Assembly (NCBI GenBank): GCA_051942165.1
Contig: JAVECS010000019.1
Span: forward strand, 1 to 44,054
DNA length: 44,054 nt
Source: Circinaria calcarea
Lineage: Eukaryota
Direction: 5' to 3'
Part shown: positions 20,503 through 32,296 of the stretch, piece by piece
How the letters are laid out: every line of letters starts with the position of its first letter
Position numbering within the stretch: position 1 is the stretch's first letter
Notes under the pieces: model-generated
Seen by the model: only the letters and a program-made list of their open reading frames with translations
The model's database searches: none
Told to the model about the DNA's origin: nothing
Translations under genes and position numbers: made by a program

Positions 20503-22140
20503 TCAGTATATTGTAACGCAGCCAATAGCGTCATTCTTTAACACCTCAAATAGGAGGCCGGGAAATCCAAATAGTTCCGTATTCCCAAGGCCGGGCCCAG
20601 AGTCTCCAGCGGTGCCAGCACGCTCTTTTTTAGGCAGGTCAGCGCTCTCTTCCCATCCACCGATCAATTCACAACTACTGCTTGGGCTATTCCCCCATCC
20701 CCGATTCAAGACCATGCCTCGCTGCAAGGACTTCTCCTCCTGTGTGTTGGTATAAGTGTCTCTCCAGACCTCTCGAAGACATTGAGATAATATCGAAAAG
20801 GGCGTCTCCGAAGTAAGGATCGCACCTGAGTCCGTAATGTGTTGGGCGTCTAGCACCCAGCGGCTTCTCCGGTATCGGTTGAATGGGTAAGAGCCCGGCA
20901 CATTGGCATGAAGAAGGACCTTGGTCACCACGAGATGACTCGCGCTTGGTTCTCTGGTAGATTCTCCGCTATCCGCATGTGATGGAGTAAGGCCAGGCGA
21001 TGGCCCCGCAGGGTATGAGATGAACAAGTCGAAGCCATGATGAAAATAGTTGTAAAAGCACTCAGGAGGCATCTCCCGCTTATTTACGTGAGGAGCTATC
21101 CCGGCGTCATCTCCTGAATCCGACTCGTCGGCGCTAGTAATTACTGAAGAGTGATCTGTATCTGAAAGACCGTCGAATCTCCCAGGAGAGCTTGCAAAAG
21201 AAGTTTGCTGATCGGACCGACTCCTAGCACGCGTTTTATGTATGGATAGCCTTCGATCATTCTTTCTATAAATAGCGTCCGGGGGTCCCAGCTCTGCGAC
21301 TAGATCTTGAGGAGTGGTCTCACCGAGCATCAAACGGAAAGTCGGACTAGAGCGTCGAAACATTTCAATTTGTCCACGGCCACAAACTTTGACGAGCTCA
21401 ATCTCGTCTGGGACCCCTTCCCGGCCTCGCCCACTGAGGGTTAAGGATCTGGGATGTTGACAGGCCCGCGTGTACAGGTCTTGACGAGCATCTTTCCACG
21501 AGGATCCATTGAAGATCGTGAGGGACTGAGCAGGCAAAGCTGCCGAAGATGATAGCAGGGAGACGAAATCTTGGTTCCCAGACCAGGCGGTATCTTGAAG
21601 CGGAAAAGAGAATGCAAGGCCAGGATACGATAACACGTACGTTCCAGTTAGGGGTTGGGCACTTCTGTCAGGAGGGAGATACTCCCCGGGAAACGTGGGA
21701 CCAAATAGTCTATGGTAAACATGCCGAAAGGCAGGGCCAGTGGATTTCGAGAAGACTTTAGTCTGCTGGAGGGATTCAGAAAGCTCTGATAACTTGAGAA
21801 TTTCTACATTCTTGTAGCTCAGAAGAGTCTTTGTGAAGTCAAGAACTTCGATCAGCCGTAAACGTTGATCTGGGCCATCAAAGCGCAGGCGGATGCCATT
21901 CTGGGGTAATGTAAGGATCACGGGAGCCACGAGTGGCTCATTTGGTGAGTAGGAGATATCGATGGAGGGATAAACGTGGGGTTGAGCTTTCAATCTTGTC
22001 AGGATTTCATGGAGAGATGCACCAAGAACTACCATGAACATCAGCGCAAGTCAATAGGCAGTATAAATGTAGCAATACCTACGCAGAAAGCCCAGGCCTT
22101 TGCCCGGAACAACTTGTAAAGGGAGTTGAGATAAGACCAT
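20503..22140 (-). CDS. PHAF1/UPF0183 (C16orf70-like) protein, 2 exons
   Basis: Exon 1 MVLSQLPLQVVPGKGLGFL splices to LGASLHEIL. Family motifs: GIRLRFDGPDQRLRLIEV, RLFGPTFPG, LSYPGLAFSF, TTPQDLVAELGPP, FYNYFHHGFD, KVLLHANVPGSYPFNRYRR, LFGFPGLLFEV. Confidence 0.9.
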
Positions 22141-22376
22141 GTCGGAAGCCTGGGGTTGGTAACTCGCTGCAGCTCCAGTAGGTAAGTTGACGATATTGCG
22201 GCATACCGCTCTGGGATATGGTGAGGCTATCTATTCATGCTGCCTACTTATCTAAAGGAACAGGCAGATGATGTAGTTTACCAGCTTCAGAGCCGCAGAG
22301 CTTAGATCAGCAGATCACCCGTCCTCGCAAGTCATCCGGCCCACGCTACTCCGTAGGCAGCTTGAGGCTCCGCACT

Positions 22377-22397
22377 AGCGCGTTTGCGTTTGTTTAC
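22377..22397 (+). promoter_or_regulatory. MCB-like (GCGCGTTT) plus forkhead (TGTTTAC) elements in the PHAF1/kinesin-5 bidirectional promoter
   Basis: agcgcgtttgcgtttgtttac lies about 140 nt upstream of the kinesin ATG. Forkhead and MCB elements are established regulators of fungal cell-cycle genes. Confidence 0.45.
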
Positions 22398-22532
22398 AAG
22401 CCGAATTAGAGCTACGGTGAGTCCTATGAGAATTTACTACAGTATCCTACCTCTACGGAGCACATCTTCAGTGTGCATTTACTTAACCTTTAGCTTTGCT
22501 ATCTGGGATACCTGCTCGCTCGTAGTAGAAAC

Positions 22533-25500
22533 ATGGCTGGCCTACCCCGTCCACCAATAGGCCTACTACCAAGAAAGAATCCGATGCGCCCACCAACGGT
22601 ACGCCCGTCCCACAACAGAGCACAATCGGCCGCACCAATGCTTCATGCGCGGCCTCAATCTGCTGCAGTCTCACCTACAAACAGTTCGCTATCTGTGTCA
22701 ACCTCATCTCGGTCCCCGGTGCGCCAGAACGGAGGGATGAAGCGCAAAGACCGAGATTTTGATGGCGAAGGAGAGGAAGAGACGAACATACATGTGGTGG
22801 TACGATGTCGAGGGCGAAACGACCGCGAAGTACGAGAGAACAGTGGCGTGGTCGTATCTACAGATGGCGTCAAAGGCAAGAGCGTGGAATTGTCAATGGG
22901 GCCGAGTGCACTGAACAACAAGACATATCACTTTGATAAAGTCTTCTCTCCAGCTGCCGATCAGTCTATGATCTACGAGGACGTCGTGACGCCGCTTTTA
23001 GATGAGGTAGGAAAGCAAGGAGTGCCTCTTAAATTTTCCTAGCTGACATCCCAAACAGATGCTTCAGGGTTACAACTGCACCATTTTCGCATATGGCCAG
23101 ACAGGCACAGGAAAGACGTACACGATGTCTGGGGACATGTCTGGCCTAACTGGGCTACTTTCGGAGTCAGCCGGTATCATACCGCGCGTGCTGCATTCGC
23201 TCTTCAGCAAACTCGAAGGAGAGGAGGCGGAGAGTTCTGTTAAATGTTCTTTCATCGAACTTTATAACGAGGAGCTGCGAGATCTCTTATCTGTTGAAGA
23301 GCATGCCAAGCTAAAGATTTATGATGACCCCCAGAAGAAAGGCCACAGTGCTACAATTGTGCAGGGGATGGAGGAGTCGCACATTAAGACCGCAGATGCT
23401 GGCATCAGATTGCTTCAAGATGGAAGTCACAAGAGACAAGTAGCGGCAACCAAATGTAACGATCTGAGCTCACGGAGTCATACTGTGTTTACAGTGACTG
23501 TATACATGAAGAGAACCGCGGAGACTGGGGAAGAATATGTCAGCGCAGGGAAGCTCAATCTTGTTGACCTTGCCGGTAGTGAAAATATCCAGCGAAGCGG
23601 TGCCGAAAACAAGCGTGCTGCGGAAGCTGGCTTGATCAACAAGAGTTTGTTGACACTGGGTCGTGTCATCAATGCTCTTGTAGACAGGGGCTCCCATATT
23701 CCATACCGGTTGGTAAATTGGAGATGCAATTATAGGCTATACTGATTATGTACCAGTGAATCGAAGCTTACGAGGCTGCTCCAAGATTCCTTGGGAGGCA
23801 GAACGAAGACCTGCATCATCGCCACTGTCTCGCCGGCAAAATCGAACCTTGAGGAAACGATATCTACTTTAGATTACGCTTTCCGCGCAAAAAATATACG
23901 CAACAAACCGCAAATCAACCAGATGATATCTAAAAAGACTTTGCTCCGTGAGTTTACCGCAGAGATAGAGAAACTCAAAGGCGAATTGATTGCAGCTCGA
24001 CAACGTAACGGAGTATATCTTACGAGTGAGAGTTATGAAGAAATGACCGTGGAGAGTGAATCGCGAAGGATACTGAATGAAGAGCAGAAGGCGAAGATTG
24101 AAACGATGGAGACGAACCTAAGGAACAAAGTACATGAACTCTTCTCCTTGACCAGTAACTTTTCCATGTTGAAGAAAGACAACGAGGCGACGAAACAGGC
24201 CTTGGATGATTGTAAAGGGGTGTTAGAGAAGACAGAACTTGTGCTTGCCGATACAAGACAAAATCTGGCCGATGAGATGGTTCTTCGCAAAGCACATCAA
24301 GTCACAGAGGAACAACTCTTCGATGCAGGTGGCAAACTGATCTCGACCCTAGGCAAGACTGTTCAAGATGTCGAGGGGCTGCACGCAAAAATATCAAGGA
24401 AGTCAGATCTCCAGTCTCTCAACCGCAGTAGTTGGCAGAGGGCACAGGGGCAGGTCTTCGACGTTACGGACCTAGTCGAGTCAAGAGTACAGGAGTTCCA
24501 GACGAGCCAATCGACCTTTCTAGCACGCATATCGGCGTGTATGCAAGATTTTATCCACAGCGAGCTGAAAGCAGTCGAGATCGGACAGAGTTCTCTACAA
24601 GATGGGGTATCCGTGTTCATCAAGTCTGAACTAGAGGTCAACGGGCAGACTTCTGTGGCAAAGGATAAGATGAATGGGGTGCTGGAGGAGATCAAAGTTC
24701 TCCGAGAAGGTGTCAAGCAGAAGGTGGGTGAAGGCTTGGAAGGATTATCTGCTGCTGCCGGGAGAATATCGGCAGGGGTAATTAATGAGTTGGAAGGGTT
24801 CCATAGCCAGGTATAATGACATGAGCCACTTCATTCAATCAGACATTACTAATTTATATATCAGTTACATACTTCATACAGTTCCCTCGGTCGGGATTTC
24901 AAAACGGTCTTCGATGAGCTCGTCAAGCACCTAAATAGTCAGAAAGCCGAGGTGGATGATTTACGACGTCAATTATCGGTCGCTGTAAATGCTTCGATCC
25001 AAGCAGATGTCAAGACTTCGAAAACACTCGAAAGCTGCCTTTTGGAGGAGCGTGAACATGCCAAAGCTGACCGTGAAGAGCTCTTGGAACAGATAACTTC
25101 CCTGATGGACAGTGCGAGTCAGAAACAAGACAAGCGATGGAACAGTAGAGTTACTGCGACATGCGAAAGCATGGCAGAGTCACAATCCAACTTAAAGATA
25201 GCGGACAAGAACTATAACGATTCCATGGAGGTGTGGTTACGAAAGGAGAACCTTCTGGTCGAGGAGGTTCTCAGGTCGAGGGAGAGCTTGAAGGGCAAGA
25301 TGAAGAGGGATTGGACAGTAAGTAGATCCAAAGGCGTATAGACGGCGAGACAGGACTAACTTGGTATTCAGGCCGTCAACGAACACAATACTTCTATTCA
25401 GAAGACCACTGAGTCCGTGCACGAGGAAACTGTGCGCATCGTGGACGCGCAGATAAAGGACATGGCTGTTCAGATGCAAGCTCTGGATGAATTTGTAACA

Positions 25501-26277
25501 CGGGCGCGATCCCAGAACGAAAGTCATCATGCATCACACGTGCAGTCTCTCCATGAACTAGGTTCATCGGTGATGGAGTCCTACTCCAGTATTGGCAATC
25601 ATTTAGCCTCGTCCCACGACCACGTCCGTCAGCTCGACACCAGCATGACCGACCACTACTCTAACCTCCAAGCTTCTCTTTCACCCCTTGCCACCATTCT
25701 TTGTCAACCGCTCTCCGCTTTGCGTACCGGAATATCCGCAACACATCTGACAGAGTACGCGTCTACCGGAGAAACACCCCAGAAAGTCCAGTACCATTAC
25801 TCCACAAACCTCCCACGCACCGGGTTGCATGATACGTTGTTAGCCAATCCGGGTAACTCCCACACGTCTACCTTGTTTTCAGAACTTCCCGATGGTCCGC
25901 CTTCGCCCACCAAGTCTCTCATCTACAATGACGCCCCAGATGACGAGGTGGCACTTGTGCGCCCTGCCTCTGCGGACGGAGACCTTAGACCTCCACATCG
26001 CGGCTTGCAAGAGGTTAGCAGGAACATCCACACAGCATTCTCACGTAACAGTGATCCTCTTTCCCTTTCCACCTCCATCAAGCCGGAAGCGGACACCTTC
26101 TCTTCTTCGCTCATGGGACCGCCTCCACTGAAGAGGCTTGCGACGATGGACGGTAAACTGCCGGCGAGCTTGAGAGGCGTGAAAGGGGGAGCTGTGAGAG
26201 CCGAAGGGAGAGAGAACCAGATACCAATGGCGGGAGGAGGCGGACGCAGGCGATTGAGGAGTAGTCAGGCTGGATAA
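22533..26277 (+). CDS. bimC: Kinesin-5 (BimC/Cin8/Kip1/Cut7 family) spindle motor, 5 exons
   Basis: Motor motifs [62 protein letters not shown]; kinesin-5 neck [11 protein letters not shown]; long coiled coil; BimC-box TGETPQK. Introns at 23007-23058, 23709-23756, 24811-24864 and 25318-25371. Confidence 0.97.
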
Positions 26278-27206
26278 GGTGGTAATAATTTTCGGCTTGG
26301 GTACTCTGTTCTTTTTGGCGATTAAGGCGCACCTGTGGGAGATTCAAAGCTGGGCGTTGAGGATAGATCAGCGCAAAGGGATGTTTGGAAAGGATGGACT
26401 GATCGTTTCAGAATGCCTCAGTGGGCATTTCGTTTTGGATAGAGTCAAAGAAAGTACCGCCCAAAAGTTGCGCTGCTCTGCAACAAAGGAATACTGAGGC
26501 TACATTAAGACGTATCCCAGGCTTGGAATCCTACACAGTCCTCAAATATCTCCATGGCACCAATCGGCTCCCCCGCAATGAGACTTGCCTGAAGAGTCTT
26601 CTACATGGCAGCAGTTCGTTTGCTGTATGTATCGTGGGCCAGCTCTGGTTGGCAGAGTGGCAATTTCAGGAATGTGGAGGGCAGCTGGGGGCATTCATTG
26701 ATACCGAAGCCTTTGCTCCTTCTTCCACCGGGCACACCGACCACCATTGATCATTGCGCCGACCCAAAGCGGATGATGCGAGTATGGATACTGTTCATGC
26801 AGACCGGCTCGAGCGGAAGCCAATGACCTTCTTACGGTTTGGAGGGGAAAGCGCTTTGTTTACGTCACTTCACATACTCCATCCCATCGCGCGCTGTATC
26901 GCGGCACACATCTGCGTCGGACGTCCTCGGGCTAATTCGCTGCTCATCCGTCTATAACTGCGTAGCAACAGATAGAGTGTCCCTGAAAGATAACGGATAT
27001 TTATACAGAGAGAGAATGAGGGTCCATCACAGGTGACTGCTATACCGTCGGGATTTAATTTCCATCTCGAAAAGATCTCAACTGGCACAGAAATTTCATA
27101 CAAAACTGAGAAAAGCCTTGCTGCATAAGCGTTTGAGCCAAGGCTCGCGGATTCCAATTACTGAGGCGTTCTGGCCGATGACGGTTGGTAGTCGCCGTGC
27201 TTCTGT

Positions 27207-27214
27207 TATATAAA
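27207..27214 (+). promoter_or_regulatory. TATA box of the MFS gene
   Basis: TATATAAA about 135 nt upstream of ATG 27348. Confidence 0.45.
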
Positions 27215-27347
27215 TCTCACCTCACGCGGAGCGTTTATATTAATTGCTATATTACTATGACGGAGCATTTTCACAATTAAGTCATTGCCGGAGTACATCA
27301 CGTTGTACAAAAGTCAAGGTCGGTTGGGAGAGTCCTTTGGAGATAAG

Positions 27348-29085
27348 ATGGAACAACAGAGCAACGAGGGCAAGATTTTGAACAGGGACCTTGGGGAGAT
27401 GATCTTGAATCACCACGACGAGGGAAAGATCGTAATCAGTCCCAACGAGGAGGGACTTTTGAAGACCACGAGCTCTTCGCAGGGACCATCATCAGAGGCT
27501 GGCTCGGAAGAAATCGAGATCGACCATAATGCAGAGAAGAGATTGGTGAGGAAACTGGATTTGCACATTATTCCGGTGGTAATGCTCCTCTATCTATTGA
27601 GCTTCCTCGACAGGTGAGTGTACAATCATTCGAATCTAGCATGATGTGGCTGCTGATGATCGATGTGTAGGATAAACATTGGAAACGCCCGGTAGGGCAA
27701 AGAGTTTTGCACCGAAACTGACTATTCGCTGACATTGAAACAGTCTTTATAATATGGAGAGGGATCTCGGCCTTGAAGGCAATCAGTATCAGACCGCAGT
27801 CTCGCTCCTCTTCGTCACGTACATCCTATCGGAGCTACCCAGCAATCTGGTTTTGAAAAAGTGCCGTCCATCTCGATGGATCTCTTTCATCACAACAGCC
27901 TGGGGTATTGTTGCCACACTAACCGGCATAACCCAAAATTTCGCCGGTCTGGTCGTCTGCCGACTTCTCCTCGGCGCTTTGGAAGGCGGTCTTTTCCCTG
28001 GCTTGGCTGTATATTTGACCTTTTTCTACACAAAACGTGAACTAGCTCTTCGTATTGGCTACCTCTTCGTCAGCGCTGCTGTTGCCGGTGGATGCGGTGG
28101 ACTGCTCGCTTTTGGCATAGGACATATGGACGGGATCGCAGGACAGAGTGGGTGGCGATGGATCATGATTATGGAGGGCATACCTACCGTTCTCCTAGGA
28201 ATTGCCACATGGTGGCTACTTGCGGATGATCTAGAGACAGCATACTACCTGACGCCGGATGAAAAGACTCTGATGATAAGGCGTCGTAACCGACAGGCCG
28301 GACAAACTCAGTCGGCTCAGGAATTCTCCTGGGTCGATGTCAGGAAGGGCCTTATGGATTGGAAGGTCTATGCATTCTGCATTGGGCAGTTTGGCGCTGA
28401 TACCATGCTCTACGGCTTCAGTATATTCTTACCGACGATAATCAAAGCGATCGGTCCGCAATGGTCGAATCCTATCGTGCAGCTTCTCACGATTCCTTGC
28501 TACGCAGTCGGTGCCATTTCCTACATTCTTATAGCTCGGCTCTCAGACGCGCAACAGCTTAGAGGGGTGTACTCGGTACTGTTTGGCGTGATATCGGTAG
28601 TGGGCTACGGTATTCTCCTATCGGACTCGAGCTCTGGCGTGCATTATTTCGGTTGCTTTCTCGTAGCTATGGGATTGTATGTTGTTGTGGGGTTGCCGTT
28701 GGCATGGCTACCATTGAACAATCCTCGATACGGGAAAAGGACAACAGCGACAGCATTACAGTTGACGGTCGCCAATTCATCGGGCATTATGGCATCTTTT
28801 GTGAGTCAACCCTCTTTCCTCTCCCCCCCCTCTTAAAAAAACTCCGCCTAACCCGACTACTAGCTCTACACAAACGCCGATTCCCCTCGCTACATCCGCG
28901 GCCACGCCGTCACCCTCGCCATGGTCGGCTGGGCTTCTCTGGTCTACTTCTCCATGTGGCAGTACTTTGCCCGGGAAAACCGACGACGACGAGATGGAAA
29001 GGAAGACGCCAAGGTGGCGGGAATGTCGGAAGAGGAGATTGCCGAATTGGGAGATCGGAGTCCGAGGTTTGTATATACTATTTAG
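27348..29085 (+). CDS. MFS transporter, anion:cation symporter (Dal5/Tna1-like) family, 4 exons including a 21-nt micro-exon (27671-27691)
   Basis: EKRLVRKLDLHIIP..YLLSFLDR|INIGNAR|LY..MERDL, ELPSNLVLK, RLLLGALEGGLFPG, YTKRELALRIG, GWRWIMIMEG and a C-terminal D.SPRFVYTI. Introns at 27614-27670, 27692-27743 and 28801-28863. The substrate cannot be determined. Confidence 0.93.
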
Positions 29086-29564
29086 ATATAATGTGGGATA
29101 AGCAGGGGGTGGGGGGTTTGGTTTATTGGATTCGTGTTTTAAGTTAGGATCAAAAAAAAAAATTTTGATTGGAAATCCAGCCGAACTTGCCTTTTCATTC
29201 CTAGGAACAAGTCTACAATCGGCGAGCGCTCTCCATTTTACAGAAAATCTTTTGATTCCTCAGGAGGCCATTTCTCCAGCCATAACTCCCCCTATTCCCA
29301 AACCTGCCCATTTCTCTCTCCCCCTTTCCCACTCTCCAGACCAATCATTCGAAGAATTCCGAAGGCGTTCTGCCATTGTTTGGAGTCCTGTGTGCTCGGG
29401 ACGGAAAAGGATGTCTCCCAGACATCGTCCTACAGCGTGTGTGTGTATTCAGAGCGGAAAGCACGTCTGCCCAACGTCGCTCAACACCGGTTTTGGTAAT
29501 GGCAAGGCGGATGGTGAAGGATGGCGAGGATGGCGATATATAGGGGTAGCAAAAGAGGGTATTG

Positions 29565-30590
29565 TTATCCGGCCAATTGGTGGAAGAGGCGCTTCAGGAG
29601 CTGGATGATCAGACTACTGCGACCGGACACCGTGGCCACAAAGTACTCGTGCGGGGTTTGTCGCGGGGGCCGGTGGGGGGGAGGATCGAGGATGGCAGGA
29701 GGAGGAGGAGGAGGAGGAGTCGAAGGGAGAGTGCTGGGTACGTCGACAGAAGGCGCGAGGCCAAAGTCCGATGGCGAGGGAGCTGCCTCTGCCTCATCAA
29801 CCTCGGAAGCGGTTTCCGGATCTGGATCGTGGTCGTTCCTGTCGGTCTCGACTTTACCCTCGTCCTCGAGGTCGTCGTTCACTAAAGAAGGGAGGATCAG
29901 AGGAGGAGTCGGAAGTAGGTTCCTCTCGAGCTCGTCTTTGCCCTCGTCCTCCTCATCTTCGTCAGCCGCCGGAAAAGAGAGAATCGGAGGAGGAGTCGAA
30001 GGAAGATTCCTGTCGATCTCGTCTTTGCCCTCGTCTTCTTCACCTTCGTCACTCGCCAGCTGGACCACGTTGAGGTATGACCATCGCGATGGTGCTGACC
30101 TGGTCTTACTGGGGCAGGTGGGAGGAGGGAGGTGGCCGTTGTCGATGAAATCGGCTTCCTGCCAGGTTTCTGCGAGCCTGAAACCGGTTGGGCCAAGCAT
30201 CTCCACCGGGCTCAAATAGTAAACCTCAGCTTCCCCGAAGTACTCGGTGTCTTCGTGCTCCTCGACGGCTTGCGTCGCCGGAGTGACCTCCTCCGCGTGC
30301 TCCTCGCCCTCATCGGCCCAGCCAACAGACTCCCCAGCAGCAGCTTGGTCAGTTGTCTCGGCGAGCTTTTCCTTCTCCAGAGCAAGCTCCTCCTCATGCT
30401 TCTCGACATCTTCGGCCCAGTCGAAATGCTCCGACGCACCAGCATCCGCCGCAGCAAACTCCTCCGTAGCAGCAGCCTCCTCCGCAACAGCAACCTCAGC
30501 GGCAGCAGCAGCACCCTCAGCAAACTTCTTCGCGAAAAGGAGCTCGTCCCAGTTCTCTTCGACGTCATCGGCCCAGCTGAAGGAAGACAT
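29565..30590 (-). CDS. Intronless 341-aa highly acidic low-complexity orphan with three W-A-(D/E)-(D/E) motifs and 29-aa repeats; possibly 3'-truncated
   Basis: GC-rich ORF with strong codon periodicity. Contains SWADDVEE, DWAEDVEK and GWADEGEE, a poly-Pro tract and no recognisable domain. Confidence 0.65.
   Translation of the reverse strand: MSSFSWADDVEENWDELLFAKKFAEGAAAAAEVAVAEEAAATEEFAAADAGASEHFDWAEDVEKHEEELALEKEKLAETTDQAAAGESVGWADEGEEHAEEVTPATQAVEEHEDTEYFGEAEVYYLSPVEMLGPTGFRLAETWQEADFIDNGHLPPPTCPSKTRSAPSRWSYLNVVQLASDEGEEDEGKDEIDRNLPSTPPPILSFPAADEDEEDEGKDELERNLLPTPPLILPSLVNDDLEDEGKVETDRNDHDPDPETASEVDEAEAAPSPSDFGLAPSVDVPSTLPSTPPPPPPPAILDPPPHRPPRQTPHEYFVATVSGRSSLIIQLLKRLFHQLAG
29835..30050 (-). 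repeat. 87-bp coding tandem repeat, about 2.5 copies
   Basis: Units start at 30050 and 29963: DEGEEDEGKDEIDRNLPSTPPPILSFPAA / DEDEEDEGKDELERNLLPTPPLILPSLVN / DDLEDEGKVETDRN. Confidence 0.85.
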
Positions 30591-30600
30591 TGCGACTGGC

Positions 30601-30686
30601 TGATGGGATGTGATGGGAGATGGGTGATGAGTGATGGGACTGGGATAATGGGAGATGATGAGACTCAGTGGGAGACAGTGGATGAG
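30601..30686. repeat. Degenerate GATGGGA repeat cluster immediately upstream of the acidic orphan
   Basis: tgatgggatgtgatgggagatgggtgatgagtgatgggactgggataatgggagatgatgagactcagtgggagacagtggatgag; reads as TCCCATC on the coding strand. Confidence 0.6.
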
Positions 30687-31798
30687 CAGAAAGGGGGAGC
30701 AAGAAGAAGGTAGTCGAAGACCTTGAGAAAGCTAGTGAGAATGAATGATGGATTTTCAATACTCTGTAGCTTTGCTCGTTCAGTGGTGGGAGATGCGAAC
30801 GTTAAATGGGCAAACGGACAGACGCTCGGACTTACACTCTGTACTCAGGGTGGACCCTTCGTCACCCAGACGACTCTTTGCTCAGACTTAAAATCGCCGC
30901 TCAGACGTACCAACCTCCCCGGCGTTAACATATTCCGCTCAAGGTGATCGGGTCTCCGCAACCCCAGCCTACCAATGGACGTTTGGTATAATCGGTTGCG
31001 TTCGGATGCGGTTTTTAGATCTACCAGCAGTTTAACTGGCCCAACAGTCCACCAGACCTTACCACTCCAAAGTGCAAACGGTACACTTCACATGTATCAC
31101 AAAGCTCGCGCGAGTGACTTGTAGCCTTTAGCGATTTTGAACGTTCCAACAAAGTTGAATTGGATGTCTATGGAAGCAAAGCAACTATTCACATTGTAGT
31201 ACATGAAAGTATGCTCAGTCCCCAATAACATCAAGCAATTCTCCAACAGATCGTGTATACACTGGAGAGTCCAGTTCACTACCCCCTATACAGTCCCGTT
31301 GTCGCATTGTCGAAGCCCTGATAGGATCCAAGTCCGAGCACTCGGTAACAGTCACGGACCTTTCGAGCGAAATTGGGTAAGCAAGTACGAGCAGATGTTT
31401 TTGCGGGTCCCAGGCACACTTTCTTTGACCCACCTATTGTTCTTCATATCTTATTCTGGGTCGCGACAAGGATCCCGGTCCCCAACAGCTGGGACAGCAG
31501 GAGTGAAGGAATAACAAGCACCAGGTTCCCCTTTAGGTCTGACCTATAGAGCAATAAAGGATAGCATGTGCGCATACACGAACACGATCGCAATAATCAT
31601 ACGAATACAATAAGAAAATAAAGAGCAACTCAAACGTCATTGAGGTCGCAAAAGTTAGTGTGAAACTTTAAACCTAGCTTAAAACCTTAAACTCGATCTT
31701 AAACCTTTATCTTGAGATTGCGCCACCATTCCGGGAGCAGTCTAAACTCAAAATGTTAGCTCCATTCATAGTGTAGACTTGAGTTTGAAAACGAAATT

Positions 31799-32296
31799 TC
31801 AGTAAGCCCAACACCCTATTGTTGGATGAGATGTAGTTTTCTTGTATGTGAGATCCTCTGGTTTCACACTGTTAGTTTCGGCCACAACTTCTTCTCCCTT
31901 GCCTCGGATACAGTCGAGTAGCCCAGAGCAGCGATATAATCGAGTAGCTCGGAGCAGTGACCGAGTTGCAGTGAGTGGTTTCCCATCTAGAGCCACTCTT
32001 AGAAGGATGCTTTGAGAGTACACTTCCCGAAGAAATCCCTTGCGTCTGACTCTGTCAACCGATTCCAAAGTGCGACGAAGCTTCTCCATGTTCAGCCAAA
32101 CAGCATGTTGCCCGTAGGGATCTGATAACTTGGTAAATGTGCCCATCAGTCGAATTTCCAATGAATCTGATTATTCAAAAACTTCAGCTTTCTCCAGATA
32201 CCGGCAGGTGTCCTCGGGCCCCTTTCCACGAGACCTTAGTAACGTATCTTTTCCTTGAACAAAAGCATATGCTTCAGCGTTCAGGAACAATTGCAT
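31799..32296 (-). pseudogene. Possible degraded ORF (165 codons with one internal TAA)
   Basis: ATG at 32296 reads MQLFLNAEAYAFVQGKDTLLRSRGKGPEDTCRYLEKAEVFE, then TAA at 32173-32171 (a CAA>TAA-type change), then continues in frame into the 120-aa ORF 32161-31799. No recognisable family. Confidence 0.3.

Noticed and set aside
26279..27157. Cluster of small ORFs and GATA-like sites upstream of the MFS gene
   Set aside because: The ORFs lack recognisable homology or coding bias. The GATA sites are too short to call nitrogen regulation. No TPP riboswitch consensus was seen.
29521..30713. Long plus-strand ORFs (232, 193 and 118 aa) over the acidic orphan
   Set aside because: Antisense shadows of a GC-rich repetitive coding sequence; the minus-strand frame has the coherent motifs.
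31663..31716. Degenerate TTAAACC-like repeats resembling a telomeric relic
   Set aside because: Units are irregular and do not match CCCTAA arrays; more likely low-complexity mutated DNA.
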